A stretch of DNA of 64,000 bases from an uncultured Flavipsychrobacter sp. (GTDB lineage Bacteria; Bacteroidota; Bacteroidia; Chitinophagales; Chitinophagaceae), in contig CAZBAP010000001.1 of assembly GCA_964489795.1 (NCBI GenBank), positions 199,818-263,817 of the forward strand, written 5' to 3'. The notes beneath the pieces were generated by a model, which was given only the letters and a program-made list of their open reading frames with translations, ran no database searches and was not told the origin of the DNA. This document shows, piece by piece, positions 11,138 to 19,095 of this stretch. Position numbers and translations under genes: made by a program. Position 1 is the stretch's first letter, and every line of letters starts with the position of its first letter.

Positions 11138-11307
11138 TACCTTTCTTTTTTATCTTTCAGAATTTTCATTACCTGATCTACACATTCACTGATCATCTTT
11201 TCACTTTCCTGCGCGTTGTTCTCCGGGCTCGTAGGCGGCACTGATGTCGTCGGCCCCGGCTGGTTCACAGATACAGAAATATTTAACTCAGTTATTTGAA
11301 TTGGCAT
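11137..11307 (-). CDS. 56-aa DUF5908-like / Afp6-Alg6-like plug protein
   Basis: Hand translation MPIQITELNISVSV...ISECVDQVMKILKDKKER; its TAA overlaps the next ATG (TAATG); fills the gap between tube 2 and Afp7. Below the ORF-track size cutoff. Confidence 0.8.
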   Translation of the reverse strand: MPIQITELNISVSVNQPGPTTSVPPTSPENNAQESEKMISECVDQVMKILKDKKER

Positions 11308-11316
11308 CGTTCATAA

Positions 11317-11796
11317 TTATTCTTCCGTAAAAAAACTGTAGCTCAGCTCCAGCGTTTCCACTACTATACTGTTCTCCCCGGCATTAAGGTCGCTTACAGC
11401 CCATTTTCTCGGCCAGGCGTTGTTCACCTTCCATGTCTTTAGCGGCTCATGATCCGGGTTTAGCAAAGTGATGATCACCTGGGCAGGCTGAAACTCGCGG
11501 TTGAACAGCGCCTTACGTATCCAGTCTATCACGGCAGAATCGGTAAGCATACCCCGCTTCAGCGAAAGGTCTGAGAACTTAGTGCGGGTAGGCAGCTTAT
11601 GCTCATGACGGTTTTCACCGCCCTCTTTTATAGATTCGGTGTCATATTCTACATTCAAACCTCCTACCGACTGAAAACGGGTATCGTTGTCATTCCCAAA
11701 TGCGGTATTACTGCTCATATCCTGGAACACCACTTTGAAATGGAAGCCCACAGGCGGATAATACCCACCGGCGCTGGGTACTGTGCTGTCTGCCAT
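11317..11796 (-). CDS. Phage-tail tube-like protein (Afp5-like)
   Basis: YYPPVGFHFKV, FQSVGGL, EGGENR, LSLKRG, AWPRKW (T4 gp19-like). Confidence 0.92.
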   Translation of the reverse strand: MADSTVPSAGGYYPPVGFHFKVVFQDMSSNTAFGNDNDTRFQSVGGLNVEYDTESIKEGGENRHEHKLPTRTKFSDLSLKRGMLTDSAVIDWIRKALFNREFQPAQVIITLLNPDHEPLKTWKVNNAWPRKWAVSDLNAGENSIVVETLELSYSFFTEE

Positions 11797-11822
11797 ATCT
11801 CTGCTTTTTAGCCTGCTGAAAA

Positions 11823-12251
11823 TTAGCTGACGATGCTCAGTCCCTCATGCGCTATTTCTATCGATTCAATAGCCACCTCATTGCCATCAGCCTTCAGGTC
11901 ACTGGCTTGCACCTTGAGGGGGAAAGCGTTTACTGCGCGCCATGTAACGACGGGCTCATGCTTTTCGTTAAGCAATTTTATAACTATGTCACGGCGCTCA
12001 GCAGTATTCAGACTAATGGTGTTGATCCATTTGTAATAGTCTGTATCTCCCTCAAATGTGCCTCTCTTCATAGTTATATTGCTGAACTTATGCATGCCGG
12101 GCATCTTGATCTTTGAATATTGTTTGCTGTTGCCCTCGCGATATTCTATCGCTTCCACCTGCATATCTAAGCCGGTAACTTCGGTAAAACCGATTTTGTT
12201 GCCACCCCATTCCACCAGGAAGTGAAACTTAGGTAAAGGATAATTTGCCAT
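11823..12251 (-). CDS. Major tail tube protein (Afp1-like, gp19 family)
   Basis: YPLPKFHFLVEWG, FTEVTGL, IEYREG, KMPG, NITMKRG, NEVAIE. Confidence 0.95.
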   Translation of the reverse strand: MANYPLPKFHFLVEWGGNKIGFTEVTGLDMQVEAIEYREGNSKQYSKIKMPGMHKFSNITMKRGTFEGDTDYYKWINTISLNTAERRDIVIKLLNEKHEPVVTWRAVNAFPLKVQASDLKADGNEVAIESIEIAHEGLSIVS

Positions 12252-12311
12252 ATTTAGTGTTTTTGAGTTTTTTTAAGAATGTTTTATAATAAGTCGTGTA
12301 CCGGGTAGCCG

Positions 12312-14240
12312 TTAACTTTCAGCCATTTTGTGTGAGAACCTGAGTATAATGAACTCAGCCGGACGAACCGCTGCCATACCTATCTCTATGATCATCCTGC
12401 CTTCCAGTATGTCTATCGGGTTCATTGTTTTGTTAAGACCTACTGCCACATAGAATGCATGCTCAGGTTTAATACCCTGTAGCGCACCCTGCCGCCAGAT
12501 ATTGTACAGGAAGTTTTCGATCATCGCCTGTACTTTTACCCACGTATTTGCGTCATTCGGCTCAAATACAAACTGCTCCGTAGCTTTCTTTACCGATTCC
12601 TCAACCATTATAAACAAGCGGCGCACCGACACATAACGCCATTCGTTATCATTGCCGGCCAGTGTACGCGCGCCATATACTAATGTACCCTTGCCAAAGA
12701 ACGCGCGGATGGCATTGATAGACTTGCCCGCCGTTACATCTACGTTCAGCGCGTCCAGCTCAGATTTTGTAAACACTGTAGCCGGTTCAACAACGTTATT
12801 TACGCTTACGTTGGCAGGCGCCTTCCATACGCCACGGGTGCTGTCTACCATTGCATATATACCGGCAATAGCGCCACTCGGCGGCATAGCCGACACATAA
12901 GTACTTACACCTTTCAGCACATTTTTATAAACAGGGAATGCAAGCTGTAATGCATAGTCCTGGTTGCTTGCGTTAGTGCTGGCTGCATTTACAACAAGCG
13001 AAAGGTACGCCCTTACCAGGCTGTCAAAGAAACCATTCATAGCATTTATACCTAATGCTACTTTATCCGCCAGAGTCGTAACTCCTGACATAATTGTGCT
13101 TGCTGTTATACCGGATGCCAATGTTGCGGTTCCCCACGTAGGTGAAGTGAAATTCGCATCCTTACCTTGCAGCACATATCCCACAACCTTCACATCATTT
13201 TTCGCTTCGTTATCCAGGGCAAGGATATTTTTAACTATTGGCAAAAATGTGCCGGTAATATTACCTTTTACCGAAGCTAGCAAAGCAGCGTTGGTGATCT
13301 CAGTATTCATGAAATCGTCCAGTTGTGCTGCTATATCAAGTCCCAACTTAACCATCGCTTGTAAATTAGCAGACGTAGGTGCAACCGGGATATTGGCATA
13401 ATGCTGACGCAGATCCCCCTCCGGCGATGCCAGAGCTAAAGTTTTAGCAACTATATTTTTCTTGTCGTCATAAGCTTTACCTAATTCTGTTATCTGCGTC
13501 TGTATCGCTGCGTCTGCTGTCAGGTCGCCGAAAGTTACAGATGCTCCGTTCCTCTTCAGTATGCCGGCACCGGATACATCGGCATATGTCACCACTTTGG
13601 GCAGGTTAGTTTTCAACCACGGCGTGTATATAGCGCCATAGCTCAAATTGTTCACACCAACCTTAGACCGGAAAGTCTCACCTTTGGGGTCAGTATCCTT
13701 TGTGTCAAAAATACAAAACCGGTCCATCCTGCTTTCGTCTGCGCAATGCGCGAGGGCATGTGTCTGCACATTGGCCAGTTGATCGTCAGTTAAAACCACT
13801 GCGTCCGGATATACCAGCAGTGTGGGGTCATCTTCTTTGTTCAGGGTATCAGTACCATCATTCAGTTGCGTATCATCAACAGATGCGCCATACAGCCCCA
13901 CTGATACTATAAAACAGTCACCGCCACCATTTGCGTAAAACATACGCAGGCTATCGTACATATAATACGAGCTGCTGATAGTAGCAGACTTAAAGCTGCC
14001 GGCATCATCAATGTTTACAGCCCCTACATTGAGAGATGGCCCTCCGCCGTAATAATGCACATACTCCACCATAGACCCGATTCGCTTTGGCTTATTATGC
14101 AAATCGCCTGGAGCTATGTCGTCAGCTATTTCCGTATAACCGATAAAAGCCGGAAGTGCTGTTTCTACCTGGGCGACCGAAGGTGGAAACTTCGGGATCT
14201 CTTCTATAAAAACGCCGGGGGTTTTGTAAACTGTTGCCAT
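12312..14240 (-). CDS. Contractile tail sheath protein
   Basis: YKTPGVFIEE, RGVWKAPAN, GARTLAGNDNEWRYVSVRR, FVFEPND, RPAEFIILRF. Confidence 0.96.
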   Translation of the reverse strand: MATVYKTPGVFIEEIPKFPPSVAQVETALPAFIGYTEIADDIAPGDLHNKPKRIGSMVEYVHYYGGGPSLNVGAVNIDDAGSFKSATISSSYYMYDSLRMFYANGGGDCFIVSVGLYGASVDDTQLNDGTDTLNKEDDPTLLVYPDAVVLTDDQLANVQTHALAHCADESRMDRFCIFDTKDTDPKGETFRSKVGVNNLSYGAIYTPWLKTNLPKVVTYADVSGAGILKRNGASVTFGDLTADAAIQTQITELGKAYDDKKNIVAKTLALASPEGDLRQHYANIPVAPTSANLQAMVKLGLDIAAQLDDFMNTEITNAALLASVKGNITGTFLPIVKNILALDNEAKNDVKVVGYVLQGKDANFTSPTWGTATLASGITASTIMSGVTTLADKVALGINAMNGFFDSLVRAYLSLVVNAASTNASNQDYALQLAFPVYKNVLKGVSTYVSAMPPSGAIAGIYAMVDSTRGVWKAPANVSVNNVVEPATVFTKSELDALNVDVTAGKSINAIRAFFGKGTLVYGARTLAGNDNEWRYVSVRRLFIMVEESVKKATEQFVFEPNDANTWVKVQAMIENFLYNIWRQGALQGIKPEHAFYVAVGLNKTMNPIDILEGRMIIEIGMAAVRPAEFIILRFSHKMAES

Positions 14241-14260
14241 GTTGTTTAGTTTTTATGTTG

Positions 14261-15538
14261 TTAAAAATTTATGAAAGATTCTGTTGAATAAATTTCGTTT
14301 TGCTTTTCCGTCAGCCTGTCAGCTGTAGGGTTTGGCAGGGGCGATGCTATGCTTAGCGTGCCGCTCTTTGCTACCAGTGTTTTTATTGCCGTGTCCGACA
14401 ACGGGATGGGGCGCAACGAAATAAACCTGCGCAACCCATCTGCCTTGAACAGATATACACCGCCCGAGTCTTCTATCTTATCTATCGTACTCGTCCTGGT
14501 TTTGTATTGCCACAGTACCCTGCGCGCCGCAAACGATATCGTGAACCGCGTATGCAAAGGCTTTTGTGCCGCGTCAATGATAGCTTGCGCGTCTGTATCC
14601 GGCAGATTATAGATATCTACAAACATTGGCACACCAAATGCCGCATCACCCGTATTCAGGTATATAAACTTCACATCATCATCAACCCGCACACAATATT
14701 TACCCGATGGTATGTGCCGCATATCCACCTGCACCATATCATTGTTGTCGTCGTAGTTTACATCTGCGGCCACCACTACCCTGTCGTACTGCAGGCTGGC
14801 CGCATTTAAGGCATATACCTGTACCTTATGGTTCTTTTGTTTTACAGATGTCTTGAAATTATAAATACCGCCACTTTGCTCAATGCTATATTCATTGCCA
14901 AAGTATGATTCGGCTGCATCTCCCCCACTCACAAACTGCATACCTGTATAGGACACCCAGAAATTTCCTGAGTATAATTTTGCTTCAGGGTCTGCGGGCA
15001 GTGCCGGTTCTGCCTCGGTATCATCCGGCGCTATACTTCCCGCCTTATCATTCAGCCTTATACTTTCATAAATTTTTCCGTCCGGGGCTTTTACAAACTC
15101 ACCGGGTACATATGTTCGTGTACTTGTATAATCGTCGGTCTTTTTCGTTATAAAATGTTTCCCGCCCATTTCATTGCCATTCAGGTTATGAAAGTTGAAG
15201 ACAGGCGTATTGAGTTGCGAAAAAGGAAGATTGGAATAATTGATGTAATTGGCCGACTGAGGCACAAGCATGAAAGAAAATTTCTCATAGAGCGGCAACG
15301 TATGGAAAGTTGCACCTGTGGTATCTGTCTTTGCTATCACCAGCAATTCATTGTCTATTTGCCTCGTGATAAGTTCATATTGCTTTATCAGTTTCGCGGT
15401 CTCGGGCAGCGGTATGATCTTCACCTCATTCCACCTGCCCGTCCCGAAGAAACGGTTCAGCACCTCTATAGAGAATAATATTTTAAATGACGATCTCAAT
15501 TTATCCTTGTTGAAGTAGTGATAACCTCTTCTATCCAC
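14261..15538 (-). CDS. Conserved eCIS protein between cap and sheath (putative cap adaptor, Alg16B-like)
   Basis: 425-aa ORF in the operon, C-terminal W.Y...PIPL...LPNP pattern. Identity inferred from synteny; true start may be slightly downstream of 15538. Confidence 0.6.
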   Translation of the reverse strand: MDRRGYHYFNKDKLRSSFKILFSIEVLNRFFGTGRWNEVKIIPLPETAKLIKQYELITRQIDNELLVIAKTDTTGATFHTLPLYEKFSFMLVPQSANYINYSNLPFSQLNTPVFNFHNLNGNEMGGKHFITKKTDDYTSTRTYVPGEFVKAPDGKIYESIRLNDKAGSIAPDDTEAEPALPADPEAKLYSGNFWVSYTGMQFVSGGDAAESYFGNEYSIEQSGGIYNFKTSVKQKNHKVQVYALNAASLQYDRVVVAADVNYDDNNDMVQVDMRHIPSGKYCVRVDDDVKFIYLNTGDAAFGVPMFVDIYNLPDTDAQAIIDAAQKPLHTRFTISFAARRVLWQYKTRTSTIDKIEDSGGVYLFKADGLRRFISLRPIPLSDTAIKTLVAKSGTLSIASPLPNPTADRLTEKQNEIYSTESFINF

Positions 15539-16083
15539 TTACCTTCCTGTTCTGCGGCGTCTTCATCCACCATGGTCAGTTGCCTTAGCTTATACATAAC
15601 AGATGGCAGGTACTTACCACCCAGTGTGCTCCATATATGATTGATCTGTTCAAAATTCAGAGTAAACAGGTCGGCGCTCAGTTGCCCTATTTTTGCATCC
15701 AGCGACGGATGTGTTATAGGGGTGAAAGTGCTCTCCGCCTGGAAAAACTGCATCACATATGCTATCATCTTCAAATTATCCGAGTACGTTGCATAGTTCG
15801 ATGCAATGAGTATATACAGATTTACAAGAATCGGCGGATTCTTATATACGATACCTGTACTTGTCTTTGTGTAGTTCTCTCTTACTTTAGAAACCTTATC
15901 TTCTTCAATATTTATCAGCGACAGAATGATCTTATTGTTCAGCGGATTGCTCGCTGTATCGGCCGCGTCCACTCCCTTGGCAATGTTGCCCAGCACCAGT
16001 CTTGGGTCTGTGGTCTGCCCTAGTTTCTGGTTCAGAAACTTGTTCAGTTCGGTGGACAAAAATGTGAGGCCTTCAAATATCAC
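15496..16083 (-). CDS. DUF4255 cap protein (Afp16/Pvc16-like)
   Basis: SLINIEED, PPILVNLYIL, WSTLGGKYLPSVMYK; first gene of the operon, GTG start. Confidence 0.9.
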   Translation of the reverse strand: MIFEGLTFLSTELNKFLNQKLGQTTDPRLVLGNIAKGVDAADTASNPLNNKIILSLINIEEDKVSKVRENYTKTSTGIVYKNPPILVNLYILIASNYATYSDNLKMIAYVMQFFQAESTFTPITHPSLDAKIGQLSADLFTLNFEQINHIWSTLGGKYLPSVMYKLRQLTMVDEDAAEQEGKWIEEVITTSTRIN

Positions 16084-16226
16084 AACGAAATAATTTAGCG
16101 TAATAACTATATCCTTTTTCCTTCTATCACTACATTTCTATAACTTTTTATTAACAAACCTAACAAACGAATTCTACATTTTATAGCGTTTCTAAAAATA
16201 AATATTTGCTTAATGATAAATTAATA

Positions 16227-16258
16227 CAAATTTATTATTTAACAATCCGTCATTACAA
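16227..16258 (-). promoter_or_regulatory. Candidate Bacteroidota sigma70 promoter for the eCIS operon
   Basis: TAAATTTG (16234-16227) with TTG 21 bp upstream; a second TAGGTTTG at 16162-16155; AT-rich context. Confidence 0.4.
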
Positions 16259-16575
16259 TGTTAATGGTAAAATATATTGAGGCTATAATGGGAGCGTAAA
16301 AATATCTACTCATTTTATCTTTTTTCAGAGCTATTCAACGGTTTTTTTATACCGTTTTTAAACGGTAGTCCATGCTAATGAATAGTGGTATTATATCTTA
16401 CACATCCCTGTTACACAGATGCATGCGCACAATTTCATAGCTGTGCAAACGGCGATGCTAACAAAACATGATAATACTGCGCTGAGCGCTGCGATCCCGG
16501 AGATTGTTCAGATAATCTTCTAAAAAACCTCCCTTTTGAATATCTTAAAGGGATAATACCGTACTTTTCAACCTC

Positions 16576-17790
16576 ATGGAAGTAGGATCACATATTGTCA
16601 TCATCTTATTGAGTTGTGTAGTTATTCTCAGTTACCTGTTCAATTGGATCAGCCGGCTCACTAAGGTGCCTGCCGTACTGTTGCTCATCAGCACCGGCAT
16701 AGCCATCAAGTATGCCACTGCCTACTACGGATATGCCCAGTTGGATGTAACAAAGCTGGTAAAAATATTGGGCACAACGGGTCTCATCATGATCGTGCTG
16801 GAAGCCGCGCTCGACCTCATTCTCAGTCGGGCGAAGCTCAGGATGATTCGCAACTCGCTCCTTTCAGCCACCGTCGTTTTTGCAGCCTCATCGTGCGGTA
16901 TCGCCTGCCTGCTGCACCAGTGGCTTGGAGAGCCTTATCACAATGCGCTGCTGTATGCGGTACCTATGAGCATCATCAGCAGTGCCATAGTTATACCCAG
17001 CACCAGTCACCTGCCTGTCATAAAAAGAGAATTCATCATCTACGAGTCCTCATTTTCCGATATCATAGGCATTGTGGTATTTAACTACCTGCTCATGGAT
17101 AATATACTCAGCGGCTGGTCAGTGGGTGTGTTCATAGGCAGTATAGGCCTCGCTATTATCGTTTCCACCATAGCGTCGCTCATACTTATCTACATGCTCA
17201 CCCGCATCCGGGTAAACCTCAAGTTCTTCCTCATATTTGCCATACTGGCGCTCGTATATACTGTCGGCGAGATCATACATATCCCCTCATTGCTTATCAT
17301 ACTGGCATTCGGGCTTATGCTCAATAATACCCACCTGCTCTTCAAGGGCAGGTTTCAGAAAATGGCCACACCCGAATACATGGTAGACATACTAAACCTT
17401 ATGAGGTCTATCACCGCCGAAACATCTTTTCTCGTGCGCACTTTCTTCTTCATACTTTTCGGCTATACCATAGATCTCTCATTGCTCATGGCCCCCCAGG
17501 TTATCTGGCTGGGGTCAGCCATAGTAGGCATACTTATCGTTATCCGCTTCCTGTACCTCCGCCTCATTCTTCGTTCCAATCTGCTGCCTGAGATGTTCCT
17601 TATACCCAGGGGGCTCGTTACCATCCTGCTATTCTACAGCATACCCGCCGGCAAATCCATGAGCAGTTTTAACGTTGGTGTTTTATTCTTTGTAATAGTA
17701 GCCACCAGCCTTATAATGATGATAGGCCTTTTATTCTTCAGGGCAAAACCCATAAACGATTATGACCGGTTAAAGGAAGGAGATAGTTAG
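16576..17790 (+). CDS. Cation:proton antiporter (CPA family)
   Basis: About 12 hydrophobic segments, YESSFSDIIG and PRGLVT motifs. Confidence 0.8.
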   Translation: MEVGSHIVIILLSCVVILSYLFNWISRLTKVPAVLLLISTGIAIKYATAYYGYAQLDVTKLVKILGTTGLIMIVLEAALDLILSRAKLRMIRNSLLSATVVFAASSCGIACLLHQWLGEPYHNALLYAVPMSIISSAIVIPSTSHLPVIKREFIIYESSFSDIIGIVVFNYLLMDNILSGWSVGVFIGSIGLAIIVSTIASLILIYMLTRIRVNLKFFLIFAILALVYTVGEIIHIPSLLIILAFGLMLNNTHLLFKGRFQKMATPEYMVDILNLMRSITAETSFLVRTFFFILFGYTIDLSLLMAPQVIWLGSAIVGILIVIRFLYLRLILRSNLLPEMFLIPRGLVTILLFYSIPAGKSMSSFNVGVLFFVIVATSLIMMIGLLFFRAKPINDYDRLKEGDS

Positions 17791-17904
17791 CAAACAGATG
17801 CCTTTTATTGCTGCTCATCTGCTTTATACAGCCTGGTTTCGGGGATACCGGTACCATACGCAAATTAACACATGCCCCGCACCGAAAAACCTACATCACA
17901 TAAC

Positions 17905-18330
17905 TTATGCCGTAGTCTCAACACCATATTGTATTGCCGCTATAAGCACATCAACATTTATGTCTTTCAGCTTTTTAAACTTGATGCAATATCCCGTCAC
18001 ACTGGCCTTACCCAGGTTCTTGCCATACGTTTGGGCTAAGTAGGTCTTATCCTCCAGTCCAAGTATATATATCGATATCCCTGTCGAGTTTGCACTCATC
18101 CCTATCTGGTAAAACTCCCGGGTTGATCCGTCAGCATATGTTAATGTCTGAAACCCGTATCCTATATTAGGATTGCTTATCGTTTTATTATTAGCATCCT
18201 TCCCATCCATAAACCACAATCTGCATTTCGGCAATGCCTTTAGTATGCGCTTATGCAGCTCCTGCATATCATTGCGCTTTGCCTCCGGTTGGCTGGCTAT
18301 GTAATTTTCTATTTGTTCTTGCACTTTCAT
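17905..18330 (-). CDS. DUF1801 domain protein
   Basis: IENYIASQPEAKR...NPNIGYG...GKASVTGYCIKFKKL; likely start ATG 18330. Confidence 0.8.
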   Translation of the reverse strand: MKVQEQIENYIASQPEAKRNDMQELHKRILKALPKCRLWFMDGKDANNKTISNPNIGYGFQTLTYADGSTREFYQIGMSANSTGISIYILGLEDKTYLAQTYGKNLGKASVTGYCIKFKKLKDINVDVLIAAIQYGVETTA

Positions 18331-18417
18331 AAAACACAAATTTAGTTAGCTGTTATTATGTTGTAGTCTTCCCCGCTAGAATCATTGCACAATACCTATT
18401 CCTCTATTCTTAAATGA

Positions 18418-18951
18418 CTACTTTTGGACTGTTTTTTTAAGCTTGTCCAAGTCAAATCCTTTCACTTTAAGCCTCGAAAGTATCCCCTGATAAATGTTTT
18501 CATTTAATTGCGGGGTTCTGGATAATATCCAAAGGTACTTCATGCTGGGATGGCTCACAACAGCATAGCTGTAATCGTCAGCCAGGTCAATAATCCAGTA
18601 TTTAGCGCGAAACGGCCAAAAAAATTGGACCTTTAGTTGGGAATTACCTGTATTGGGTACTATAAACGCTTTCCCCTTTATATAAGATTGTTTTCCATCA
18701 ACGCTATCTCTGTTACATCTGTTTTCAACTATTAAATAACCCTTTTCACTTAGCGTATATTCGGCCGTAGTACAATGGCAACCCTTCTGAAATCGTTGAG
18801 GATAAGATGCGATCTCATACCATTTACCTGAATATTTTTCAACATCAACATTAGTAACTGTTTTGAGTGTCTGGGATTTTAAATTTGTTGATGCCATAGC
18901 AATAAAAATAATTGTGAAGAAAAACGAAGAGAATCTATGTTTTGTATACAT
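18418..18951 (-). CDS. blc: Bacterial lipocalin (Blc-like)
   Basis: YSGKWYEIAS, LKVQFFWPF, YWII..DYSYA, YLWILSRTP. Confidence 0.9.
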   Translation of the reverse strand: MYTKHRFSSFFFTIIFIAMASTNLKSQTLKTVTNVDVEKYSGKWYEIASYPQRFQKGCHCTTAEYTLSEKGYLIVENRCNRDSVDGKQSYIKGKAFIVPNTGNSQLKVQFFWPFRAKYWIIDLADDYSYAVVSHPSMKYLWILSRTPQLNENIYQGILSRLKVKGFDLDKLKKTVQK

Positions 18952-18978
18952 TGAATAGGTTGCTTTTTACAAAAAATT

Positions 18979-19019
18979 CGTCCCAGCCGGTTCTCCTAAA
19001 GCGGAGCCAGTGCGCCGGC
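18979..19019 (+). repeat. GC-rich direct repeat, copy 1
   Basis: cgtcccagccggttctcctaaagcggagccagtgcgccggc, 40/41 identical to 24701-24741. Confidence 0.9.
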
Positions 19020-19095
19020 TAACCCCGGCAATCAACTGCCTGAAAGACCCTTATGGAAATTTTTCCTCTATCAGAAGCCATAACCCAACTATATA

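Noticed and set aside
1..16083. Canonical T6SS or prophage tail
   Set aside because: No TssB/C/K, ClpV, membrane complex, capsid or terminase genes seen; DUF4255, gp19 tubes and Afp11/12 indicate eCIS.
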